A stretch of 47,029 nt of DNA, from the IMG/VR virus record IMGVR_UViG_3300025875_000772, positions 1 through 47,029 of that record. One strand, given 5' to 3'. The notes under the pieces are model-generated. The model had not been told where the DNA came from. It saw only the letters and a list, made by a program, of their open reading frames with translations, and searched no databases. The position numbers were made by a program, and so were the translations under genes. This DNA comes from a virus (lineage: Duplodnaviria > Caudoviricetes). Shown piece by piece: positions 18,097-27,472 of this stretch. Every line of letters starts with the position of its first letter. The stretch's first letter is position 1.

Positions 18097-18542
18097 GCGA
18101 CTTCAGCGAAATCCTCAGCCGTGAGCTGCTACGCCTCAAACAGGACGTAGGCGACCAGATGGCGGCCAATGACCAGATCGCCACCGGCAAAACCCTGGCC
18201 CGCGTGCGCGAAGTGGTAGCCCCCAACCTGGGCCTGCTACTCGGCCCCAGCCACGTGCGCTACCTGCGTGACGGCCGCGGCCCCGGCGGCGTGTCGGTGC
18301 AGGCGATTCGGGAGTGGATCCAGGCCAAGCGGCTCAAGCTAAACCCCTTCGCCGTTGCCAAGCGCATCAGTGAGCTTGGTACTCTGCTCTACCGCGGCGA
18401 AGATCCACGCTTCCAAAAGCCCACCGACACGTTCCAGGCGCCCATTACAGCCGCTTTGCCCCGCCTACGCGCCGCGCTCACGGAGGCTGCCCGCACTGGG
18501 TTGAAAAGTGAGATTGCCACCACCTTACCCCGTAAACTCTGA
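18093..18542 (+). CDS. Putative tail-completion protein (HK97 gp10-like)
   Basis: ATGKTL...GRGPG...IREWIQAK...FAVAKRISELGT pattern. Confidence 0.65.
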   Translation: MSDFSEILSRELLRLKQDVGDQMAANDQIATGKTLARVREVVAPNLGLLLGPSHVRYLRDGRGPGGVSVQAIREWIQAKRLKLNPFAVAKRISELGTLLYRGEDPRFQKPTDTFQAPITAALPRLRAALTEAARTGLKSEIATTLPRKL

Positions 18543-19672
18543 TGGCCTGTGACCTGACCTTACTGGAATTCGATGTGGTGCAAGCCAGCGCCGCCGGCCT
18601 GGGTAGCGTATCGGCGCGTTTCAGCAGCAGCGCGGGCGGCATCACGGCCCGCCTGTGGCGTGACCTCACCGACCCGAACTTCGTGTACCGCCCCGTTGAT
18701 GGCGGCGGCCGCATCAGCTGGCATAACCTGCCCGAGGGTCGCTACCTGCTGGAGGTCAATGATGCCGCTAATTGTGGTATCTCCGAGCGCTACGTGACCA
18801 TGGAGCGCTATGAGGTGCGCGGCTGCACCAATCCGTTTGCCAGCAACTGGAACCCGGCTGCCACTACTGACGATGGTAGCTGCCAGTTGCCTGCCTCGCA
18901 GTGGTTCGCTGTCGGAGGGCTGTACCCGCCCGCAGCAGCCTTGGCGACGCCCGTGGCCTCGCTGCTTACACTCAATCAGACCCTGCGCCAAGGCCTGCAT
19001 GTAGAGGTAGAGCTAACCCGCCTCGGTGCGGCTACCCCCTTCGCGACACTACGCCAGACCGTGCGCAGCCAGTTTGTCAGCGTCAATGCCGAGCCCTACC
19101 TGCGCAGCCAGCTGGACACTGAGGCCGTTCCCGTGCGCGTCGACGCCTACATGGATGAGACAGCCACCGTGGCCTTTACCTACCGCTACCGGGAAATAGA
19201 CAGCCTGAGCGTAGGCCCATGGCGTCAGCACCCGGCCACCCACTACGCCGTGCTCAGTGCGCCCGAGAGCAGCTTGCGGCCTTACGTGGCGGGTGCTGAT
19301 GCCCTATCACTCACCGCCTTTGCCCAGCCTACTCAATTCGTTGGCTACCCGCTGGAAGTGTCCGCTGTGCTACCTGCTGACCGCACGGGCACTTGGTACG
19401 CCCAGTGGCGCTACCTCGATAATGCTGGCCAGCAGGTGGAAGTAAAGGCAGTGCCGCTGCCCGCTGACTTGCCCGCTGGCGTGGTGCGCCTACGGGTGCC
19501 CCCCTTGCCGCCGGTGTGCGCCGACGTGGTAGAGCTGACGCTGACCGACATCAACCGCGCCAGCGCTGCGAACTGTGCGCCGGTGGTGATTACGCCACCC
19601 GTGACGCAGCCAGGCAAGGTAGAGGCGCGCGACTTCAACTCATTCGATTTCAATACTTCAGATTACCGCTAA
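18542..19672 (+). CDS. Virion structural / tail-tip protein
   Basis: SprB-like repeat (NLPEGRYLLEVNDAANC), GCTNPFASNWNPAATTDDGSC motif, beta-rich. Confidence 0.65.
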   Translation: MACDLTLLEFDVVQASAAGLGSVSARFSSSAGGITARLWRDLTDPNFVYRPVDGGGRISWHNLPEGRYLLEVNDAANCGISERYVTMERYEVRGCTNPFASNWNPAATTDDGSCQLPASQWFAVGGLYPPAAALATPVASLLTLNQTLRQGLHVEVELTRLGAATPFATLRQTVRSQFVSVNAEPYLRSQLDTEAVPVRVDAYMDETATVAFTYRYREIDSLSVGPWRQHPATHYAVLSAPESSLRPYVAGADALSLTAFAQPTQFVGYPLEVSAVLPADRTGTWYAQWRYLDNAGQQVEVKAVPLPADLPAGVVRLRVPPLPPVCADVVELTLTDINRASAANCAPVVITPPVTQPGKVEARDFNSFDFNTSDYR

Positions 19673-22600
19673 ATGGCTACGCAACAGCAGTACGATCAAC
19701 TTATTGCCGCCTTCGAAGATGGTGGGTACAACACCGCGGCCGAGATGCGGGCCGTCCTGGGCGTCATGGCCAGCGACATCATTGCGCTGCGGTCTGGTGG
19801 CACGCCCTCCGTGCCGCGTTTTGGCGCGGGGCTGCCCGCCAACTCGCTCGGTAAGAACTACGACACGTACACCGACACCAATACGGGTCGCGTCTACCAG
19901 CGCCTGAATGGCGTCTATGAGTTCCAGTACATTGCCAAGGGGGAAGATGGGGGCAAGCCGGTAGCGGGAGTAGACTATCAGGCGCCTAAAAGTGGCGAAG
20001 ACGGCAACGATGGCAACCGCATCCACGACAAGAACTACGCGCCCCGAGCAGCCGACAATACCAGCATAGGCGGGCAAGCCAATTTGGAAGGCGACCAGTG
20101 GTTTTACACGATCAGCCTGAGCAGCTACGAGCGCTACTCCTTCATCGGCGGGCAGTGGACACTGGTTTTTCGGAAAGCTGAGGGGACGACGGTTACGCCC
20201 CCAGCCGCTACCGACACGACCGCGCCAAACCTGACCTTTACCGCGCCCGCGTCGGGCGCTATCGTGAATCCTGGCCAGCAGCTCACGCTCACCTCGATTG
20301 CTACGGACAACGTGGCTGTGACGCAGGTGGTCTACCTGAACGGCACTACGGGAGCGATGCTGGGCACAGCCAACAAGAACGGCAACACCTATACATTGCC
20401 GTTTGTCGTGCCGCAGGCGCTTGGGGCGCTGACGTTGCAAGCGCAGGCCTCCGACGCGGCTGGTAATGTACAAGTGGCCTCGGTGACGCTAACAGTGCAG
20501 GCTGCCACACTGCCCAAGCTCAGCACCCCCACCGGCTACCAGGCATCGGCCACGTCGGCCAACACCATCAGCACGGCGCTAAGCGCTGTTGCCAATGCCT
20601 CGGCCTACGTGTTCGAACTAGCCACCGACAGCGGCTTCTCGCAGAACGTGCAGGCTGCGACGCAGAGCGGCACGACCAAAGCATGGTCAGGACTGACGGC
20701 CAACACGACGTACTATACCCGCGTCAAGGCGCAGGCCTCGGGCTACCAGGATTCGGACTACGCCACGTCCACGGCTACCACACAAGCGGGCGCAGCAACG
20801 CTGGCGGCTGGTCTGACCTTGCCGAACGGCAACAGCACGGTCGTTGGCACCGCTATTCCCTACCAGGCCACAGCCAACGGGGGCACAGCGCCCTACACGC
20901 AGAAGGTAGTAGCAGAAAACACCGCTACGGGTGTGCCTACTACGATCTATGAGGGGAACGGTGCTACCTATTCTAGTAGCTGGACACCGAGCGCGGCGGG
21001 TAGTTTTGCGCTTACCAACACAGTAACGGATGCAGCCGGCACTAGCAAAATTTCCGCGGTGCGTAGTGTTACGGTGAATACAGCAGGGGTAGAAACCACT
21101 AACTACCGCATGTTCACTTTTGATGGCAGCACCACCAACATGGCTAGCCGCCACTGGCTGGCGGGCACATCTACCACGAACTACACCAAGGAAATACCCT
21201 ACTCCTACACGCCACCAGCGGGAACGATGCTTTCGGATGCGTGTCTATGGAACGCCAACGGGATGGTGTATGGCGCGCATAGTGGATACGTCAGCGGGCC
21301 GGATTACTTCTCTAATTCGCTAGTAATATTCCGCGCCTACGTGTCGGCCGATCTGACGAAAACCACCGTATTCGAGGTGGTGCATAAAATTGATATGTCG
21401 GTAGCGGGACGTATCCCAGCAGGTATTGGCGGGTATAGTGGTATTGGCCCTAGTCCAATCGTTTCCTCGCCTGAGTACGTGGCGCGGCCTAACGGGCGTG
21501 TGGGGTTGATTTTCATGTACCAGCCAAACGGGATTATGACGAGCAATAGTTACATTCTCTACATCGAGAGCACAGATGCTACCTGCACGAGCTGGGGTAA
21601 TGCGGCGCTCCTAAGTGGTACCGCAATGCCGTACGACAACGGAGGCGGCAATATTGCGGGGAGTTACATAGACCCGGCTTATTTCTATTACAACGACAAG
21701 CATATGTTGTTGCTGCGCTGCTTCACCACTGGCAACGGAGAGTCAACCGGCATCGGGCAGCGGGTGGTTTCCTCGGCCAACCTGCTAGGGCCCTACAACA
21801 CGGTAGAAAGTGACCTGCGCACACTTACCAATGGCGGCACCAATACGTATGTAAACCGACGCATGGAAGGCCAGTGGATGGAGGTGTTGCCTTCCGGTGG
21901 CCTCCGCTGGCATACGGATGATTACGGTGCGGGGGGAATGCTCTACGCAGACTCTCCTACTGGTTCTCTGTCTCCTACTGCTTTTGGCGCGTTTCAGGTC
22001 GTCGGCAAGCCAAGCACGGCAGGCTATACGTTGCGTCACGCCACGCCTGTACTGGTTACAACCTTTTCAGATAATGTGCTAACGCCTGTCACGCCGCCAA
22101 CCGGTACGCCTACCTTCTCGCTTCGTACGTGGCCGATTGCCGCTGATGGATCGACTTTTGGCTATGAGGTTACGACCCCTGTAGCGCCCGCTACGGCCAT
22201 AAAAATACCAGTGCAGATTTCGAAGACTGCCTCCACAGTAATTGGCTCTGTTGATGTTCCAGCCAATCAGGTAAGAGTTGCCGGCACAGGCACTTCAGAG
22301 CGCGGCCCTAACTCCTACACGAACACGCAAACGCTCTTACCAAGCACCACAGCGGGCGCGGTAGGAGTCTATAATCTAGGCACTGCTTCCTCTTCCTTCA
22401 CCGTTCTCGGAACGCAGGCTGAAAAGACAGGGCCTCCGGTTGTCACGCTACTACTTGGCGAGAAAACGCTGGAAGCAGATCGGGTCAGTTTCCCGGCGTT
22501 GTTTTCAGTAGACCGAATATTGACCCAGCCGCTACGTGTCTACACCAACGTAGACAAAGGCGGCATCGTAGAACAGGTGTTCAACGATATTGCAGTCGGG

Positions 22601-23173
22601 AAAAGCTCCGAAGCCTTTTATGGGTATTCGGAACGCCGCGCAGCGACCTACACCAATGCGCAGGCGTTGGTGGCTAACGCTGCCTATAGCACCGGCAGTC
22701 CGAGTGGTGGCAGCTTTGAGGTGCCTGGACTCGGAGGCTCTACCCCACCACCACCAACGAACGGCGTGCGGCTAGAAATGCCAGTTAGCGGCATGACGTT
22801 TACGCCCGCCCTCAACGCTGCAAACAGTTATCAGGTTGTGAGCGATAACCCAACCAAATATAGCGGGGGCAGCATGGTGTACATGGCTCCCTTCCTTGAT
22901 GGCCGCATAGATAATATGCCTGCGTTCACTGGCGATTCTATCCGCTTCTTAAGTGTCTTGTTCGGCGGTAACCAAGTCGCGTTTGATGTGGTGATAGATG
23001 GGGTGCGCCGCACAGTAGATTATGGGCATCAGTCAACTGCTGACCAGCCGTTTGGCGTTCGATACGAGATAACAGGATTAGGCAGCGGTGTACATAACTG
23101 GCATATAGAATCAAAAGCCGATTATAAAACACCGACTTTTTTGGACGTGGTTGAAGTAGAGGCTTGGGCGTAA
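19673..23173 (+). CDS. Tail fibre / receptor-binding protein with Ig (Big), FN3 and GH43-like beta-propeller domains
   Basis: GAGLPANSLG..YDTY.DTNTGRVY; DTTAP...ATDNVAV; WSGLTANTTYYTRVKAQ; SPEY, IDPAY, MEGQW and RHATP propeller motifs. Confidence 0.75.
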   Translation: MATQQQYDQLIAAFEDGGYNTAAEMRAVLGVMASDIIALRSGGTPSVPRFGAGLPANSLGKNYDTYTDTNTGRVYQRLNGVYEFQYIAKGEDGGKPVAGVDYQAPKSGEDGNDGNRIHDKNYAPRAADNTSIGGQANLEGDQWFYTISLSSYERYSFIGGQWTLVFRKAEGTTVTPPAATDTTAPNLTFTAPASGAIVNPGQQLTLTSIATDNVAVTQVVYLNGTTGAMLGTANKNGNTYTLPFVVPQALGALTLQAQASDAAGNVQVASVTLTVQAATLPKLSTPTGYQASATSANTISTALSAVANASAYVFELATDSGFSQNVQAATQSGTTKAWSGLTANTTYYTRVKAQASGYQDSDYATSTATTQAGAATLAAGLTLPNGNSTVVGTAIPYQATANGGTAPYTQKVVAENTATGVPTTIYEGNGATYSSSWTPSAAGSFALTNTVTDAAGTSKISAVRSVTVNTAGVETTNYRMFTFDGSTTNMASRHWLAGTSTTNYTKEIPYSYTPPAGTMLSDACLWNANGMVYGAHSGYVSGPDYFSNSLVIFRAYVSADLTKTTVFEVVHKIDMSVAGRIPAGIGGYSGIGPSPIVSSPEYVARPNGRVGLIFMYQPNGIMTSNSYILYIESTDATCTSWGNAALLSGTAMPYDNGGGNIAGSYIDPAYFYYNDKHMLLLRCFTTGNGESTGIGQRVVSSANLLGPYNTVESDLRTLTNGGTNTYVNRRMEGQWMEVLPSGGLRWHTDDYGAGGMLYADSPTGSLSPTAFGAFQVVGKPSTAGYTLRHATPVLVTTFSDNVLTPVTPPTGTPTFSLRTWPIAADGSTFGYEVTTPVAPATAIKIPVQISKTASTVIGSVDVPANQVRVAGTGTSERGPNSYTNTQTLLPSTTAGAVGVYNLGTASSSFTVLGTQAEKTGPPVVTLLLGEKTLEADRVSFPALFSVDRILTQPLRVYTNVDKGGIVEQVFNDIAVGKSSEAFYGYSERRAATYTNAQALVANAAYSTGSPSGGSFEVPGLGGSTPPPPTNGVRLEMPVSGMTFTPALNAANSYQVVSDNPTKYSGGSMVYMAPFLDGRIDNMPAFTGDSIRFLSVLFGGNQVAFDVVIDGVRRTVDYGHQSTADQPFGVRYEITGLGSGVHNWHIESKADYKTPTFLDVVEVEAWA

Positions 23174-23183
23174 GGGATGAAAT

Positions 23184-23222
23184 AAAAAGAGTCCTGACCT
23201 ACACAGGCCAGGACTCTTTTTA
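23184..23222 (+). terminator. Intrinsic terminator (bidirectional-type)
   Basis: AAAAAGAGTCCTG...CAGGACTCTTTTT. Confidence 0.85.
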
Positions 23223-23299
23223 AAGAAGTTTGGGATAAGAAGCTACCTTGCCCTTTGTTATACATTTGAGCAAAACTCTATACTGCAAACTTTGAAAGC

Positions 23300-24412
23300 A
23301 TGGTTGACCCGGAAGCACGGAAGCAAATACTAGCCGAGTTTGATGCTCAGTCAAACATTTACGAAAGGCTGGCTGAAAAAATAAGAACTTTGCTTCAGGA
23401 ATTATTAGAATCTCATGGCATATCAGTACATGCGATAACTAGTCGCATAAAAACCAGGAAGAGTTTAGAGAAGAAAATACATAAATTAGGCACAGTTTAT
23501 AAGCAGCTTTCTGATATAACAGATATTGCTGGTGTACGAATTATTACTTATCTGGCTAAGGATGTAGATAGAATAAAGCCAATTTTAGAAGAAGAGTTTG
23601 ATATAGATGTTAGTAATTCATCCGATAAGCGTCACCCTGCCACTGAAAATCAGTTTGGCTATTCATCCTTGCATCATGTCTTATCGCTTAACGCAGCCCG
23701 TGCTGACACACGAGAAAACAACCGTTTTCAAGCATTAAAATTAGAAGTGCAAACGCGTTCTATTTTACAGCATGCCTGGGCTGAAATAGAGCATGATTCA
23801 GGTTACAAGAGTGATGTAGAGGTTAATGCGCGTACATCTAGGCGATTTGCGCGTATTGCGAGCTTGTTAGAATTGGCAGACGAAGAGTTTGATGGTATTG
23901 ATGAAGAAATAAATAATCAGGTACGGGCTAAAGCTATTGCTATAGAGCAGCATCCAGAAAAAGTTGCGTTAGATGCGATATCACTTAAGGCATTTATTGC
24001 GAATGATCCGGAAATAAGGAATTTAGAGCATGAAATGCTTCGGGATAAAACACCACATGGGCAACTTCCAGATGCTAATATGGTAATATACATAAATTGC
24101 ATACAGGAGCTAGGTGTTACAAATTTTGAAGAGATAAAAGATTTGTTTAGAAAGAACCGTGAACTTCTAATCGCTTTTACGGACTTCTGGCTTGATGGAC
24201 CAAAGCATTATGCTATAGCTATGGGAATAAGTATTTATTATTTATGGCTGATTAAGGTAGTATCTAAAGGCAAAAACCTTGTGCACTTTTCTGTTTCGAA
24301 AGAACCTTTTCCCGCTATATTAGGCGACCTTAATAATTACAGTAAAACTTTGGCTCAATTGCAACAGAACGTTAACGCTGCTGAGAGAAGGGTTGATGAA
24401 GCTTCTAAATGA
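23300..24412 (+). CDS. RelA/SpoT-domain small alarmone synthetase-like moron
   Basis: SRIKTRKSLEKK, DIAGVRII, FGYSSLH, EVQTRSILQHAWAEIEHD..YK; own TACATTTG promoter at 23261; AT-rich. Confidence 0.88.
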   Translation: MVDPEARKQILAEFDAQSNIYERLAEKIRTLLQELLESHGISVHAITSRIKTRKSLEKKIHKLGTVYKQLSDITDIAGVRIITYLAKDVDRIKPILEEEFDIDVSNSSDKRHPATENQFGYSSLHHVLSLNAARADTRENNRFQALKLEVQTRSILQHAWAEIEHDSGYKSDVEVNARTSRRFARIASLLELADEEFDGIDEEINNQVRAKAIAIEQHPEKVALDAISLKAFIANDPEIRNLEHEMLRDKTPHGQLPDANMVIYINCIQELGVTNFEEIKDLFRKNRELLIAFTDFWLDGPKHYAIAMGISIYYLWLIKVVSKGKNLVHFSVSKEPFPAILGDLNNYSKTLAQLQQNVNAAERRVDEASK

Positions 24413-24463
24413 ATTCTAAGCATTTCCAGCCTTAGTTTCTTTATTAATAGTTCCCCTCATCCC

Positions 24464-24489
24464 AGCCGCCTGCCACCCGCAGGCGGCTT
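24464..24489 (+). repeat. 26-bp direct repeat copy 1 (terminator hairpin; candidate att site)
   Basis: AGCCGCCTGCCACCCGCAGGCGGCTT, identical to 31215-31240. Confidence 0.9.
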
Positions 24490-24492
24490 AGG

Positions 24493-25794
24493 TTATACAG
24501 GAAAGCAAGCTAGTATTTCGTCGCATTCAGAAAAGCACTCCGTTTTTCCGGCAAAATATTTTTTGGGCTTGTAGGCTAAATGCGCAAAGGTTTCCAGTAT
24601 GCTTTGTTCCCAATCCCATACTGCTGCTGCATGAGTTGACTCATGAAGGGCAAGCACCTCATATTGATAAGCAGCGAGATCTCGCTTAGAATATCTTTTC
24701 TCGATTGAACGAAATGTTATACCAACCTTATAAAACACCTCTTCTTCCGAAAATATCTTTATGAAATACAGAACACTTTTTTTGCCTTTCGCCTGCTCAA
24801 TCCAGTCCAAACGCTTGTTGCCCTGCGCGCAAGTAGGACAGCCTTGCCCGCTCAAGTGGGAATTGGGTTTCTGCCTAAATGCTCCATGTATAGGGCATTT
24901 GATTTCTACCTTAGTCTTGCTTGTGCGGTAACTCACCTGTGAATAGTTGTACGTGTCACCGTGCCGTGTGCGAGCGAGGTCTATAAACCTCTCTTTGGAA
25001 TGCGTCATGTATTTATGTGCGCAAGTCGGGCACCCGGCACCCCGAAAATGCGCATGCGCATACTGTTTAAACTGCCCATGAATGGGACAAATAATGTTGA
25101 CTACGCTACTCGCTCCTGCGTATGCAATCTGTGAGTAGTCGTACTTATTGCCATGAACAACGCGAGCCTTCTCCACGAATTTATCTGCTTTAGGTGAACG
25201 TTTGACGGTCCAGCAGGCAGCGCACCCTCTGCCTTTTATATGGGTATTAGGCGTTTGCTCAAACGCGCCATGTTCAGGGCAGATGATCCTAACTTTATCA
25301 GTTGACCGACTGTACAATACCTGAGAATAATCGTATTTATTACCGTGTATGCCTTGAGATTTAATAACGAATGAGCATGTGTTATCTGTTCGGCTTATAA
25401 CTGCACACGCTTGACACCCCCTGCCTGCCATATGTGATTTAGGGGTTTGTTCAAATGCGCCATGTTCCGAACAAAGTATAGTAACTTTCTTGTAACTGGT
25501 TGTGTAGGATACCTGTGAGTAATCATACTTGTTCCCATGCGCATTTTTAGCCCTGCATAGAAATTCATCCAAAGGCAAAATACGCTTAGTAGTATTCTTG
25601 ATAACTCCACAGGTAGAGCAACCTTGTCCGCCTATATGACTAGCAGGCGCTTGTTTGAACACTCCATGTTCAGGACAAAGGATAGCGACCTTAATGTTGC
25701 TACCCTTGTACACTGCCTGCGAGTAATCGTACCGATCACCATGCACTGCTTTGGCCTTTTCAATAAAATCTTCTGTCGTTAATTTCTTAGGCAT
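24493..25794 (-). CDS. Endonuclease with five DUF723-like Zn-binding repeats and a C-terminal GIY-YIG-like domain
   Basis: Five copies of HG.KYDYSQ..Y.....KV.I.CP.HG.F.Q.P..H..G.GC..C; LYFI...FYKVGIT...IEKRY...WEQSIL...GKTECF. Confidence 0.85.
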   Translation of the reverse strand: MPKKLTTEDFIEKAKAVHGDRYDYSQAVYKGSNIKVAILCPEHGVFKQAPASHIGGQGCSTCGVIKNTTKRILPLDEFLCRAKNAHGNKYDYSQVSYTTSYKKVTILCSEHGAFEQTPKSHMAGRGCQACAVISRTDNTCSFVIKSQGIHGNKYDYSQVLYSRSTDKVRIICPEHGAFEQTPNTHIKGRGCAACWTVKRSPKADKFVEKARVVHGNKYDYSQIAYAGASSVVNIICPIHGQFKQYAHAHFRGAGCPTCAHKYMTHSKERFIDLARTRHGDTYNYSQVSYRTSKTKVEIKCPIHGAFRQKPNSHLSGQGCPTCAQGNKRLDWIEQAKGKKSVLYFIKIFSEEEVFYKVGITFRSIEKRYSKRDLAAYQYEVLALHESTHAAAVWDWEQSILETFAHLAYKPKKYFAGKTECFSECDEILACFPV

Positions 25795-25797
25795 ATT

Positions 25798-26205
25798 CTA
25801 TTCCTCCTTTCTAACATGCCGCAGCACAAACACCCCTTGGGGCAGTGCTGCCAGCACCGATTCAAATTCCGAAAAACATTCCGAAGCGCCCGCGAAGGGC
25901 AGTAAGGGCGTATAGCCCAAGTGGGCGAACTTGCGCAAAATCTTCGCTTCTAGGTCGTATACTCTTCCCGCACTATACGAACTATACCGCGCCAGCGTGC
26001 GCACCGTGTAGGGCATATTCAGCCGCGAAAACCGGGAGGAAAAGCAGAAGGTAATACCCACCTTGTAGAAGGTTTCCCCGTTGCCCGTGAGGCGAATGAG
26101 GTACAGCGTAGCTTTCCTGCCCTGTTGCTGCCCGACCCACGCGGCCCGCGTCCAACCACCCCGGCCACATACAGCCGGGGTGGGAATCGTGATAACGCTG
26201 CCCAT
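25798..26205 (-). CDS. Stand-alone GIY-YIG-like domain, paralog of the neighbour's C-terminus
   Basis: LYLIRL....ETFYKVGIT...DLEAKIL..FAHLGY.P...FAGASECFSE. Confidence 0.8.
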   Translation of the reverse strand: MGSVITIPTPAVCGRGGWTRAAWVGQQQGRKATLYLIRLTGNGETFYKVGITFCFSSRFSRLNMPYTVRTLARYSSYSAGRVYDLEAKILRKFAHLGYTPLLPFAGASECFSEFESVLAALPQGVFVLRHVRKEE

Positions 26206-26206
26206 G

Positions 26207-27460
26207 CTAGTTGTGCGTGAGTACGGCCCCTAATACAGTCAACTGCTCGACAATGCGCTTCGGACTGGTGGAAGAGTAGTTACTATTCATGACCTCCTGA
26301 CTGTGGCCCGCCATACCCGCCGCCAATTCTCCGCCGAATTTATCCCGCATCAGTTGGGAAAAAGTCGAACGGGCATCTTTGTGCTTGAGGTCTTGCAGGT
26401 GAAAACCCTGCGCAGTCAGTTCTTGCGCTACGAGCTTGAGCGTGCGTGAGACGAACGAACTGACGTAGGTCGGTAATTGGTAGTCGTACTGGGCAAGCAA
26501 TTCAGCCGCCTTAGGAAACAACGGTACCCAAAAGGATTTATCCTTGCGCAGCATCTTTTGCCGCTGCATACAGATGCCGAGTACGCCTTCCTCACACTGC
26601 AAAAAGGTGTGCGGGGCTTGGGCAAAGCGGGTATAGTCCACGAAGGAGAGGCCCGTATAGCAACAGAACAAAAACAGGTCCGCCACGCGCTGCACATTCT
26701 CCTTACCGAAGCGGCGCGCTTCTAAGTGAGCTAGTTCCTCCGTGGTTAGATGCCGCTTGGCTTTGCGTTCTGACTCCGATAGGTACACGTAGCGCTCCAC
26801 TAAGCTCGTCTCAATCAGGCCCTCATCAGCAGCAAAGCCTACTACGCGACGTAGTACACTCACGTACCAGCGCACGGTGTCAGCCTGCCAGCCTTGTCCC
26901 ATGCACCAGCGTTCGTAGGTGCGGCACCACGCCCGGTTAATGTCTTGGGCGAGTACGCCCGCCTTACGAATGTGCTGGCAATACAGCGTGAGCTTATCCA
27001 GCGCCTGCCGCACGGAGCGCAGCGTGTTGGGGCGGCGCTTTTTGCCGGGCTGGGCGAGCTCTTCCAAGAACCGTTCGCCTACCGTCAGCAGACGGGCCTC
27101 GTTGTCATCAGGGCTACGCTTACCACGCAGGACTTCGCGTAGTTCCATTGGAGAGGGGTTACCTCCTTGCACTTTGTAGGCGGTGTAGGTTTGATCCACT
27201 CGTAGCAGCCACTTACTCAGGGTCTGATTATCCCGTTTCACGCAGTGTTGCGCAAGTTCGTCGGCACCCTTTTGCACCCGTAGGCGCTGGGTGGGCGCGT
27301 GCCACTCGGCGGCGGTGGCTTGCACGCCGGTGGAGAGTTCGGCCCGGTCAAAGCCGGGTACTTCAATGCGCAGGTAGATCGGGGCCTTGCCCGTTGCGGC
27401 ATGGGCGCGATTCTCCCGCCGCCACAGGTAGGCGGTGAGTTGATGTTCGTACGTGATCAT
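26207..27460 (-). CDS. int: Bacteroidota-type tyrosine recombinase/integrase
   Basis: Arm-binding N-terminus GKAPIYLRI...ELSTG; ADLFLFCCYTGLSFVD, RQK, ARSTF, AGHS, catalytic Tyr in NSNY. Confidence 0.9.
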   Translation of the reverse strand: MITYEHQLTAYLWRRENRAHAATGKAPIYLRIEVPGFDRAELSTGVQATAAEWHAPTQRLRVQKGADELAQHCVKRDNQTLSKWLLRVDQTYTAYKVQGGNPSPMELREVLRGKRSPDDNEARLLTVGERFLEELAQPGKKRRPNTLRSVRQALDKLTLYCQHIRKAGVLAQDINRAWCRTYERWCMGQGWQADTVRWYVSVLRRVVGFAADEGLIETSLVERYVYLSESERKAKRHLTTEELAHLEARRFGKENVQRVADLFLFCCYTGLSFVDYTRFAQAPHTFLQCEEGVLGICMQRQKMLRKDKSFWVPLFPKAAELLAQYDYQLPTYVSSFVSRTLKLVAQELTAQGFHLQDLKHKDARSTFSQLMRDKFGGELAAGMAGHSQEVMNSNYSSTSPKRIVEQLTVLGAVLTHN

Positions 27461-27472
27461 CGGCGTACGCGC

